From assembly GCA_013265495.1 (NCBI GenBank), contig MU059972.1, forward strand, positions 761,915 to 825,914: a DNA stretch of 64,000 bases, in the 5' to 3' direction. Origin of the DNA: Vicugna vicugna. Its lineage: Eukaryota. Position 1 is the first letter of the stretch. Every line of letters begins with the position of its first letter. The translations under genes and the position numbers were made by a program. Below, in pieces: positions 1-35,129 of the stretch. Under the pieces are notes generated by a model. That model did no database searches and was not told the DNA's origin. It was given only the letters and a program-made list of their open reading frames with translations.

Positions 1-452
1 AGCAGGGCTGGAGTGTGTGCACGTGAACACTCCTTTGGGAAGCATCCTTGTGAGGCTAAGTCTGTGTTTACCTGAAGGCCGCTGGGAAGATACCTGCAAC
101 CTAACTTCCTAAGTGTCCAAGTTCAACATTACAGACAAAATTGGGCTTTCTCCCAAAATGCTCTTGTCCACATGCCTGGGCCCTCACTGGGATCTGGGTA
201 GGCGCCCAAGCACCTGCTGGGTGCACCTGGGAAGCCAGATGGGCGAGCCTTGTCCCTGCCCCGCTCCCCAACTCCCCTCCGGTCTGTTTTACATGTTGGA
301 GACCCGTGCAGGACTGTGTTTGGAAAAACAGGGTCTTGCTGCTTCAGAATGGCCGCCTCAGAAGAACAGCGCCTGCCGCTTGAAGAGGCCTTCCCTCCCC
401 CTCCCTCCCTTCAGCAGGGCAGGGCCCGCCCGGGGCGGGGGGCGTCTCCCAC

Positions 453-532
453 CTGGACTGAATGCGGTCCCCCGGGTTGTAGAAGGGGTTGCACATGACA
501 TCTGTGTAGGAGTTGTGTAGCTTCCGGAACAT
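453..532 (-). CDS. TRAPPC2L: TRAPPC2L coding exon 4
   Basis: tttcag|ATGTTC...TCCAG|gtggga; 80 nt. Confidence 0.94.
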
Positions 533-3232
533 CTGAAAACAAGAGCCAGCACCATGCTGTATCCACACGTGCACACGGCTGCTGCCACACACGTGGCCTC
601 TCGGCATTTCAACGCCTGTGACCGCCGGCGCACCGCCCACCCTGCACTCACGCTGCGGATCTCGTTGTCTCTCAGCGCCGTGTTGGAGGAGTCCACCACC
701 ATGACAAACTTGACCTTGGAATTGGTCACGTAGCCGTATCTGCACAGCTGGTTAGGGAACACGCTCCTGACACAGGGACCCGTGGCGGCCCGAAGGCACC
801 TCGCCGTGCAGTGCACACACGCAGAGGGCCATCTGTGCACGTGCCACAGCTCCTGAGCTGCTTTGGAAAAACATGACAACCAGCTGGGTCCATCCGCAGT
901 GCCAGGACGACACAGGACCATGCCGGGTGTGTCTGGACACTTCCCTGGGGCAGCTTCTGGTATTTAGTGGAGGAGCAAAGGGCAGCAGCTAAGCCCTATA
1001 ATGGCTCAAATTGCAGGATGACCTGCCCTCTTTCTGAATCAATTCCTGCCTTGGGAATGTTAACTGCAAAACCAGAGTTTGCATGAATAAGGCAAATCCT
1101 AACTAAGGTGCCCAGACCTCTAAAGGCCACTATTTCATGTGGAACAGTGGCTCCCAGGCATACGACACTGGGTGAGTTACGTTACTGCTTGTGGGAACAT
1201 CTTTGAACTCCATGGGTTTCGGGCCACTTGTCCCAAGAACTGGTCAAAATTTTACAGTGACTCATGGGGCTGGGCCTGATGGTGACATGAATGAACACCA
1301 CCCCTTACTCAGGAGATGGTGGCCCCTCTGAGAAGACACAGAGAGGAGTCCTCACAGGCATCAAGTGAGAGAGTCCCTAGTTCTTCCACAAACCCAAGGG
1401 ACAGGTGCAGACTGTCACAGTTCTCCAGGCAATTCAAGCCTGGCTATTCCCACGTTATCCTCCTCATTAAAGAAAAAAAAATGGGAGGTCCTAGCTGGCC
1501 TCGAGCTACTCTAACTCCCCACTGGCCAAAAGCCCACATCTTTTTTCTTTTCCAAGTGATGTGCCTAGATGCCTTCCAAGGGGACCTGCTGCTCCAGCGC
1601 ACCCCCCAACTACAGGCAGAGCCCCCGATGCGAAGCCCTGCAGAGCGGCCACCCACTGCCAGGCGTGAGGATACACCTTGTAGTCCTCCGTGGGGTAGAG
1701 CAGGCCCAGGTAGAGCTCCCTCTGATCCACCAGGGCCTTCCCCATCGCAGAGATCTTCTCATCCACCACGTCCAGGGACGTGTGCACCATGTAGTGGAAC
1801 TTGAGCTCACTCTCCGTGGGGACGCTGCGGATGTAAAGGGGGTAATTCTGCAAGAAAGGGTGACTTGGCTGAAGTGACGGGAGTCCACCCCATGTGCACT
1901 GACACAGGACCCTCAGGAGGGAGGACTGGCCGAGCACCCACACGCTCTCACTCCCTAAAACCACCTGCTCAATGCTACAATCTGTCTTCAGAGAACCTGA
2001 TCTAGTCTGAGGAGGTTCTCGCCCCATCTGCACAGGAGCATCACTGGGGTGGCCAGGAAGAGGATAGCTCTGAAAAGCGGGTCTGAGTGCAGCCTGACCA
2101 CCAGCCCTGTCGGGTCACTCACCTTCCACAGCAGGGGGGCCGACTCCTAGCACGTGCTCTCCTCCCGCCCCGAAATACTGGCTGGTTCCCAATACCTGAG
2201 CTACTACAGTCTTGTCGCCTGGCAGAGGCACTGCCATGCTCCCGCTCTGAACCCTTCAAGGCTCAGCGCAGGCCTCCTTTCATCTCTCCATAGCCATTTC
2301 TGACCGACCTAACCCCGGAGTTATGTGTCCTCCCCAGGCTCCCACAGGCCACAATTCACTGCTTCTGGCCCAAGCCTGGTGCCGCCCAGACACAGTGTAC
2401 AAGACGTTGTCCCTGGCCTAATGGGGATGACATCGGGTGAAGGAGACAGTCCACAAATCCGTCAACTGATGAACAACGTAGCACGTGCTAAGAGAGAAGC
2501 CAACAGGCCAAGAACCTGAGGAGAGGACCACTGCAGAAGCCTGGCCTTACAGAAGGCCCGGGAGGACACCAAGGCTTTGTGCAGCGGGAGCGTGTGGATG
2601 GCCACGCAACTCAGTCTTAGGCTTCAGAAACAGTTTCCAGAGAAAATGACACGTGTAGTGGCCAGTGAAGGGGATGGGAGTCCGGGAGGAAGGGAGGGGT
2701 CCAGCTGAGAGGCCCGGAGGTGAGAGAGCAGCGCCGGCCGGGGGCGGGGTGGCTACCAGTAATTCCGTTGGTTGAGAGGAGGGTGTCAGTGGTATGGGGA
2801 GGGGGGTCATTCAGACGTGATCCCACGGCAACGAGAAGCCACTGAAGAGATTTTAGCCAAGGGTGAGCCACGGTCGGACCTCTGGCTGCTGAGCACAGAT
2901 AAGCCTGTCAGTCGTCCGGGTGGGCGGAGCAGGATGGACAGAAGCTGGGGAGCAAGAACCAACAGAGCCCGCGGACAGACGGCTGGGCGGAGCGGAGGTC
3001 GGGACGGAAGGGGAGGATCCGGCCTGTGCCGGCGGCAGGTGCAGGTCTGGGCGGCGCCTCCCCCGGGCCCGCCCCTGGCCTCCTGGGCTCGGCGAAGCCC
3101 CCGGGCCCCCTCCGGAGCCCCCGGGGCTGGGAAGGAGAAGGGGAGGGGAGGCGGAGAGCGAGGCTGGCGCCGGAGCGGCCCGCCCGCCCGCGTACGCACC
3201 TCCTTGGCGATCACCGCCACGCACACCGCCAT
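453..3232 (-). CDS. TRAPPC2L: Trafficking protein particle complex subunit 2-like, partial (coding exons 1-4; last exon lies before position 1)
   Basis: complement(join(453..532,652..739,1675..1847,3200..3232)) translates to [42 protein letters not shown]...[21 protein letters not shown]...[30 protein letters not shown], near-identical to recalled mammalian TRAPPC2L; exon phases are consistent. Confidence 0.97.
652..739 (-). CDS. TRAPPC2L: TRAPPC2L coding exon 3
   Basis: cag|ATACGGC...AGC|gtgagt; 88 nt. Confidence 0.95.
1675..1847 (-). CDS. TRAPPC2L: TRAPPC2L coding exon 2
   Basis: cag|AATTAC...AAGGT|gtatcc; 173 nt. Confidence 0.95.
3200..3232 (-). CDS. TRAPPC2L: TRAPPC2L coding exon 1
   Basis: aagATGGCG...GAG|gtgcgt; [11 protein letters not shown] (33 nt). 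Confidence 0.96.
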
Positions 3233-3252
3233 CTTGGAAGCCCGGCCGACGC

Positions 3253-3262
3253 GTCACGTGAC
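3253..3262. promoter_or_regulatory. CLEAR element / palindromic E-box GTCACGTGAC (TFEB/TFE3/MITF/USF class)
   Basis: Exact 10-bp CLEAR consensus between the two start codons; GALNS encodes a lysosomal enzyme. Confidence 0.8.
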
Positions 3263-3446
3263 GGCAGCGCCGGTCACGCGGCCGGCCAGGCCCCGCCCAC
3301 CTGTCTGTCTTCCGAGCAGCCCTGACCCCGCCCCTCCTGTCACTCTGCTGGTCCGGCCCCGCCCCGTCGCCCGGCCGGAAGGGCCTCCCACTTCGACGGC
3401 CCGGTTCCCGCGGCTCCGGGGCTCGGCGGCGCTCGGCGTGGTTGCC

Positions 3447-24344
<20,898 letters not shown>

Positions 24345-25092
24345 CGCCTCCTTGGGCTCCAGCCAGGTCCAGGATCTCCAGACCCTGCAAGTGCCGGCGG
24401 CTAGGAAGGCTCCGGCCTCAGGGCTGCTGTGCTGGAAGAACACCAAGTGTCCTGTGCCAGACGGACGCCACCTGCTGCGCTTATTTACCTGAGCCGGGCC
24501 CTGGAGTTACTCCTCAGTCACTGCCGCCTCAGGCCCAGAGCAGCCCCTGAACTGGATGCTGCCCAGCGGGTCTCAGGACCCCTGTGCGACTCATGCCCTC
24601 CCCCTCTGCTCCAACTACCTCCCGGCTGGCCCCGAGTACTTCAGGCCTGGTGTCCAAGGAAGCCATGACAATCCTGTCACCCCTTGGCGCTGTGCAGAGG
24701 GGATACCCTGGCATCCCCCACGGTGGGGGACTGGGAACATGAAAGGGAGGAGGCCACGGGCCTCCCTGACCCAGACCCTCCACAGCCAAGTGGGGACAGC
24801 TGATGCCACCCCTTCCTTAGAGATCCAAGCCTCCCACGCCTGACCCCAGCACACTCTGGGGCCTGTCTGCCTCACAGCTGCCCTGCCGACCCTCCCCTCG
24901 GGCCCAGGGTGGCAGAGCTTAAGGATAAGCCCGTTCACCAGCGAAATCACAAGAGCCCTGTGCAGACTCCAGCGCCCTTGCCCTGAAGGCCCCTGGACCA
25001 TTTCAACCCCAAGTGGGGCTTCCACTCTGCAGACTGTCGTGCCAAATCTGTACTGGTGTAAGATTGGGGAATTACGAAGAAAACAGTTTTAG

Positions 25093-25098
25093 AATAAA
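25093..25098 (+). terminator. GALNS polyadenylation signal AATAAA
   Basis: AATAAA about 750 nt after the stop codon, followed by a T-rich tract (tcttttttc, ttctgttt). Confidence 0.8.
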
Positions 25099-25914
25099 GG
25101 AACACATTTAAGCAGTCTTTTTTCAAAATGAGATTCTGTTTCGGGGGAAGTTGCCCCCTCTGAGCACCATGGTGGCGGCGAAGTGGGGTGGCACTGCCGC
25201 CCCAAGGCTGAGGGAGGGGTGCTGCGGCCGCCCCGGCTAAGCATCCCGTCACTCCCTCCTCCCCACCCTGCCGAGGGTCCAGCCGGGCTGGGAAGGGCTA
25301 CCTCCCACTGCGGGCCCTGCGGGAGCCGGGCATCAAAGGCCCGGGCTTGCCCCTCTGGCTCGCCCCTCCGCGGGCCGCTGATCCTCCCGGAACTGCTCCC
25401 CAGCTCCGGCCCTCCCCTCCAGGCCGCTGCACAGCACTCCCGCTCGGGACCGCTCCGAGCCCGGCCGAGCCCCCTGCGCCCCGTGCGCGCGCCGGCGCCC
25501 TCGCACCGCGCAGCAGCTCAGTCAAGACCCGCCCGGGAGGGAAGGAAGAACCGGCGCGGCTGCGGCGGGGTGAGTGCGGGCCTGCGTGGACGCCGTGTTC
25601 CGTCAACCCTGACTCGCACCTGGGCCCCGCGCGAGCGTCCCTGAGGCGGGGACGCCTGTGTTCAGGGGACAAGAAACAAGCACGAGCCTATAGGCAGGTA
25701 GCACTTAAGAATCGACGAAAGACAGTACCTCCTGCAGGAGACGGGCGGGCAGGGCAGGCCGGGCGGGCCCCGCCCCCGCCCACCCTCCTGCGCAGGCGCG
25801 GAGCCTCCGAGTCCACCCGGCCCCGCCCCTGGCGCCCGGCCCCGCCCCCCCGCAGACGCCCGGCAGCCGAGCGCAGAGCCCGCCCCTCGTGTCTGAGACG
25901 CGTGCGGAGCCACG

Positions 25915-25994
25915 ATGGCTGACTCCGAGCTGCAGCTGGTGGCGCGGCGCATCCGCAGCTTCCCCGACTTCCCCATCCCGGGCGTGCTGTTCAG
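25915..25994 (+). CDS. APRT: APRT exon 1
   Basis: acgATGG...TTCAG|gtacgg; 80 nt. Confidence 0.96.
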
Positions 25995-27948
25995 GTACGG
26001 GCGGACGGACCGAGGAACGGACGGGGCTCCGTGGCCCGGGCTATGGGGGCGCGGTGGGCTCTGCGTGGGCCCGGGAGTCACCAGGCCTGACCTCGCGTAC
26101 CAGGGACATCTCGCCCCTCCTGAAGGACCCCGACTCCTTCCGCGCCTCCATCAGCCTCCTGGCGAATCACCTGAAAAGGGCCCACGGCGGCAGGATCGAC
26201 TACATCGCGGGCAAGTGGCGCGGCGGGCGTCCGCCGGGTCCCCGGTCCCACCCAGGACTCTACCGCGTCTGCCCGGCACCATGAGGGCGCGGTGGCGGGG
26301 TCCTTTCTCCTGGGCAGGGCAGACCGGGGGAGGGAGGCCCCACTTCTGCTTGGGGGAGGGCTTTGGGGAGGGTCCTTCAGGGACCTGCCGGAGGCCCCAA
26401 CGGTGCCTGGGTTGTAAGGACAGACTGGGTATCCGACCCCTTGCAGCCTGAGAGGAGAGACAGGCCCCTCCAGCGGCCTGGGAATGGCCGCAGCCGGGTG
26501 GGTGCGGGCGCGAGGCTGCGGGCAGACCCCCCAGGTTCCTGGTCCCCAGCCCTGAACAGGTGGGGCCACACAGCAGCATTTCCCTCGAGGGGTCTGGCCA
26601 GAACCCACTGGGTCGAGCATGCTTTCTGGCTGCCTTCTGATAGTGGACGTTAGGCCTCTGCTGTGTGCCACACCCTTTACCCAGTAGCGGGTTTCAGGAA
26701 AGCTAATTTCCTGAATCTTGTCTTAGTGAAAGGCAGGTCCCTGTGTTCCCTGAGGGGCCGCGGAGGTGGAGCGGGGGTGGGGTGCCCGAGTTGGATCCTT
26801 CCCTCACCAGGCTTCCCCATCACGGCTCAGTCCACCACAAGGCATGGCCAGTGCCCAGTCACTGCCTCTCCTTCTGGACTCGGAGTTCCTGGGGAAGACA
26901 CTGCCTTTAAGGATGACTTAAGTGTCTTTTAAGTTTTATGGTTACCACCAGCCACTGGTGACCAGCTGAGCTTTGGAGAGGTCAGGTGACTTGCCTGAGG
27001 CCATGTAACTATCTACTCAACCTTGTAGGGAGTTTCCAGCATCCAGCAGTCCCTCTGCATGGTAGGTACTCTGTCCACATTCTCCAAGTGGATGGGTGTC
27101 ATCAGACCTTCAGCTGTAGCCAACAGGGTCATGTGTCTTGTGTCTTGGTGGTGACTGGCTGCCACTGTCCAGCCCTGATCCATGGGGACCCCAATCCTGC
27201 TGTGCCATGCGGCTGCCCCCCAACACCCCAGGTTTCCCCGACAGGCCTAGACTCCCGTGGCTTCCTGTTTGGTCCCTCCCTGGCCCAGGAGCTGGGCTTG
27301 GGCTGCGTTCTCATCCGAAAGCGAGGGAAGCTGCCAGGCCCCACTGTGTCCACCTCATACGCCCTGGAATATGGGAAGGTGAGAAGGCTGGGGGCTGCCT
27401 CTGTGGACCCTCCATCCCCAAAAGGAGAGTCGTGGACTCCAGTGGAGCTGCCATGCTTGGAGTGGACAAGGGCACTCACAGAGGCCGAGAATCTGGGCCA
27501 GGCTGACACAGCCAGGAGACTGGGTTGGTTGGAACAGGGGCCCAGGCTCTGCACTCCCAGGCCACTTTTTGTAAACTGCAGGTCACATGCCCACTTCCAT
27601 TCACAGGCTGAGCTGGAAATCCAGAGAGACGCCCTGGAACCAGGACAGAAGGTGGTGGTTGTGGATGATCTGCTGGCCACTGGTGGTGAGGGTCTCCCCC
27701 AAGCAAAGAAGCCTGCTGGGGTTGGGGGAGTTTGTCCTGGCACATATGAGAGGTCGGTCCCTGCCCCCTCTTCCTTCCCCAGCCTCACTCTGTCTCCCCT
27801 GCCAGGAACCATGCGCGCAGCCTGTGAACTGCTCAGCCAGCTGCAGGCCGAGGTGCTAGAGTGTGTGAGCCTGGTGGAGCTGACCTCGTTGAAGGGCAGG
27901 GAGAAGCTGGGGGCTGTGCCCTTCTTCTCGCTCCTGCAGTACAAGTGA
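25915..27948 (+). CDS. APRT: Adenine phosphoribosyltransferase, complete 5-exon CDS (543 nt, 180 aa)
   Basis: join(25915..25994,26104..26210,27245..27378,27607..27685,27806..27948); [31 protein letters not shown]...[10 protein letters not shown]...[13 protein letters not shown] (PRPP-binding motif)...FSLLQYK-TGA. Confidence 0.98.
26104..26210 (+). CDS. APRT: APRT exon 2 (GC donor)
   Basis: cag|GGACATC...ATCGCGG|gcaagt; 107 nt. Confidence 0.94.
26967..27010 (-). mobile_element. MIR SINE core fragment in APRT intron 2
   Basis: agaggtcaggtgacttgcctgaggccat resembles the MIR reverse core agaggttaagtgacttgcccaaggtcac. Confidence 0.5.
27245..27378 (+). CDS. APRT: APRT exon 3
   Basis: cag|GCCTAGAC...GGGAAG|gtgaga; 134 nt. 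Confidence 0.96.
27607..27685 (+). CDS. APRT: APRT exon 4
   Basis: cag|GCTGAG...ACTGGTG|gtgagg; 79 nt. Confidence 0.96.
27806..27948 (+). CDS. APRT: APRT exon 5 (coding part)
   Basis: cag|GAACCATG...TACAAGTGA; 143 nt. Confidence 0.96.
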
Positions 27949-28200
27949 CCCCAGCCATGGCCCACACCAACTGCAAGGGGAGAGGGCTGGCCTTGGTGGC
28001 CAGTGACCACCCCCCCCCCCGCACTGGCCAACAGGGGCCCTGGCTGCCCACCTGGACTTTTTCCTGTCCCTGTGGCTGAGTCTCCAGGCAGGTTGCTGCC
28101 TGGAGCCCTCCTGTGGGTTCTGGAACTGCCAAGGCCTGGAGCTGGTGGCCCAGCCAAACCCAGACCACTACAGGCGTGTCTACAGTGCAGTGAGAATATG

Positions 28201-28206
28201 AATAAA
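28201..28206 (+). terminator. APRT polyadenylation signal AATAAA
   Basis: AATAAA about 250 nt after the stop codon, with GT-rich gtgtctcctt downstream. Confidence 0.85.
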
Positions 28207-28385
28207 CAACTTTCTAGAGCAGTGTCTCCTTCCCAGTGTCCAGGGTGGAAGGTGCAGAGGCCCCCCCGGTGGGCTGAGCACTTGGTGACATTAGCAGTTG
28301 GTGGCTCCCACTGGGGGAGTCCTCTGAGCACAGCAGGGCTTCCCCTGCTGCTGTAACTCGTCACACCCATGTGCAGACTTACAAC

Positions 28386-28391
28386 TTTATC
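28386..28391 (-). terminator. Probable CDT1 variant polyA signal GATAAA
   Basis: I found no AATAAA/ATTAAA on the minus strand between the CDT1 stop and APRT; GATAAA has two upstream TGTA elements. Confidence 0.5.
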
Positions 28392-28856
28392 TTACAGCTC
28401 TAGAGACCAAGTACAAAAACCAAGGCATGAGTCGCAGGGCTGATTTCTGGAGGCTCCAAGGAGGACCTGGGAGGGCCAGTTCTGGGCTCTCCCAGCTCCT
28501 AAAGGCACCTGTGTTCCCCAGGCTCGTGGCCCCTGCCTTCATTTTCCAATCTCAGATTCTGCATGTCTTCCTCTCAAGAGGACCCTACATCCACCTGGAG
28601 ATGCCAGGACCACCTGGAGAGCGCATGTGGACAACTGGGAGGGTTATTCCACCAACGGGACCCCCTCCCTGACCCCACTTCCTCGCACCCTGTATACAGG
28701 GGGGCCAACAGCACTGGCTGGAGACCCTCAAGCCCAGCAGCCAGCGCCCAGGCGACCCTCCTGGGGACTCTGGACAGGGAGAGCAAAGTGCGTCGTCTTC
28801 TGAAGGGAGTAAGGCCCAGGCACAGAGGCCAGGCTGTGTCGGCACGCCCAGCAGGC

Positions 28857-32777
<3,921 letters not shown>

Positions 32778-32780
32778 GGC

Positions 32781-32810
32781 GGGAGCGGGAGCGGGAGCGG
32801 GTGCGGGTGC
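32781..32810 (+). repeat. (GGGWGC)5 hexamer tandem repeat next to the CDT1 start codon
   Basis: gggagc x3 then gggtgc x2. Confidence 0.9.
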
Positions 32811-34924
32811 AGCCGGACCTGGAACCGCGGGACCGCGGGCGGAAGTGGCTCCTTTCTTCCCGCCGATTTTCGCGCCGCGGCCTGGCCCCGCCCCGCCGTG
32901 GCCGGAACCATCGGTGCGGAGGCCGGGGGGGAGTTGTCAGGAGATGGATGCGCCCGAGCGCGCGCGCGCGGGCCCTCTCGGGCAGCGACTGCCGCGCATG
33001 CGCCGCAGCGCGGTTTTTCCGGGCGGGGCCTGGGGACGTCGGAGGTCTTGGAGTGGTCGTCGCCGTCCTGGTATGGGTGGACGGCGCGGCTCCTCGGGGA
33101 CGTTAAACCGGTGCTGTCCTGGGAAGGAGAAAAATGCTGCCCTGCTTTCAGCTGAAATTTAAACCAGTAGGTGCCAGGAAGCTGGCGCCGCGCCGCACCG
33201 GACCAGGAGGGCGCTGCGCACGTGGCCGCGGGCGGGGTCTCCGCGGGTCCTGGGCCGGGCCCTGCGCCCAGCGTGCAGACCGGCACGCCGAGGCTAGGGA
33301 GCGAGCCTGGGGAGTGTTCGGCAGTTAGGCGGGCAGAACGAAACCACAAGATGTGTGAACTGCTCACATCTTTAAGGGTGAACGTTATGATTATATCTCA
33401 GGGTGTTATCTTAAAAAGGAAAGTTGCTCTCAGATGGCTGAGTTGGGAAGAAAGAAGTTAGTTTTTAAAACCTCAAGCTTAGGTTACCTGGCGGGATCAC
33501 TGCCCGTTTTATTCCTGTCACAGAAGAATGCAGTCAGCCCGGTCCTGAAGTGTGACCACAGGTCTGGGAGGAAAAGAAATCACAGGGTTTGTCTTTGGGA
33601 CGGGATGAGGGCTGAGAGAGAGGCTTGGCTTTGCCATCTTTTCCAAGGTTTCTGTAAAGAGCGTGAATTGTGCCTTTAAGAAAAAAAGTTAAAGGAACAG
33701 AAAACTCAGTCGGGTGATGCTGTTGCTGCTTGCAAAATGACAAGAGTAAGAAAGTTGGGGTTGATGTGACAGGTGGTAGTGGTCATCCTTTCCCGTGTTA
33801 ATAAAGGGACGCCGTATCTGGACCCCTATTTTGTAAGCAGAAAGTAGCAAGTTATTAGTGGGCCAAAAATCAACTTAGACAGTTACAGGCAGCATTTTTA
33901 AGGCTACATTTTGTTACAGTTTTCTTCTGGTGTGTGTGCTCTGAGCCACCAAGTAAAATGTATTTCTTAACCAAAACTGGTGGGGGGGGTTGGAGGCAGA
34001 AACTGACCTCAGGCAAAGTGGAGCAAGCACTCCTAATCCAAGCCTGCTGTGCATTACAGAGGGAAACCTTGTAGGATTCCAGGGCTACAGTAAGAGCAAG
34101 CCACAGGCATAGCCTCTTCTGAAGATGAGCGGCCATAAGGGGACCTTGTAAACTTGGCTCATAGCTGCTCATCAGGAGGGAGCGAGCTGTCTTTTCTGCC
34201 AGCAACAAGCTGCTTCCCCAGTCTCTGTTTCACATTTTGAAAACAGAGGAACACCTGGTCTCGGAGAGGTAGGCAGCAGGACCTAACCCCCCTCAGGCTC
34301 CCCGCCTGCCCTGTATGGATAAGTTGATGTGCAGGATGCGGCCAGGAGGCCTCCCAGATGCCGAGCAGACTCCCCCAGCCTGGAGCCACAGAATGTGGGG
34401 CTCCTGCCATCCCGGAGCTGTGGTGGGGGGCCCGAGGCAGGCCCCAGGGTCTCAAGAAGTCCAGGGCGACCACATGGGGAGGGCCCCCCTCCCACCTGGC
34501 ACACACCGCCAGGCATGTCCACATTGAGGGGACTCCTTGCTGTGGCTCTTGGCCAGCTCTGGGCACGAGCCTGGAGACAGAAGCGGGTCATAGCACGTCC
34601 AGAGTGTGTCGGGGTGAGCTGGACCCAGCACGCTCACTGCACTCTAGCCAGGCCACAGGCCACAGTCCTCAGTGCTCCTTTCCTGCCATATGTCCGCGTG
34701 GGCTGGACTTCCTTCATGTGCTCTGACCAGGACCGCTCATCACGGCCGATCGGACGCAGGGCAGCTGTGAGATTCCACGTGTCTCCGGTTCACCCAGACT
34801 TTAAAGAGGCGCGAACAGTAAAAGAACACCACTCTTCTCACTGAAAGTTTTTGCCCTGGGAGATAAAATTAGTTTTCATTTTTTAAAGATATGGACTTAA
34901 CTATTGTTATTTTTCTTGATTTGA

Positions 34925-35030
34925 CACAGAAGTGTGTGGCAACAGGGGCAAGAGTATATGGGGATTTTCTGCATTTTCCACTCAATTTTGCTGAGAACCT
35001 AAAACTGTAAAAAAATAAAGTCTGTTAAGA
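34925..35030 (+). mobile_element. Old L1M 3' terminus
   Basis: ctcaattttgctgagaacctaaaactgtaaaaaaataaagtct is a typical L1M 3' end. Confidence 0.7.
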
Positions 35031-35129
35031 ACCCCCCCAAAAATACAGAAGTGTTTCTCAAAAGCCTTAGTTTTAATCCTTAATATGGCCGATACTGTTT
35101 TAATTTTTTTTAAATAAAACATTTCAAAT

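Larger units (their letters stand above)
25170..26300. promoter_or_regulatory. APRT CpG island / TATA-less promoter with clustered GC boxes
   Basis: Several CCCCGCCCC Sp1 boxes at about 25768-25852 and NRF1-like TGCGCAGGCGC near 25789; Sp1 sites are the established protectors of the Aprt island. Confidence 0.85.

Noticed and set aside
1-452. TRAPPC2L last coding exon (RAFD...QVC)
   Set aside because: Not present in 1-452; it must lie outside the window, so its absence is not a gene lesion.
26986-27948. 320-aa ORF covering APRT exons 3-5 and introns 3-4 without a stop
   Set aside because: The introns (228 and 120 nt) are stop-free multiples of 3 and have canonical splice sites; the ORF is read-through of the normal gene. 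A retained-intron isoform cannot be excluded but has no support here.
27129-28370. 413-aa ORF antisense to APRT
   Set aside because: Low-complexity G/P/S/A-rich translation with no recognisable domain; explained by GC content and codon structure on the opposite strand.
32909-32911. Out-of-frame ATG 134 nt upstream of the CDT1 start
   Set aside because: It lies upstream of the E2F/ETS core-promoter motifs and so is probably not in the main transcript; start-site data would be needed.
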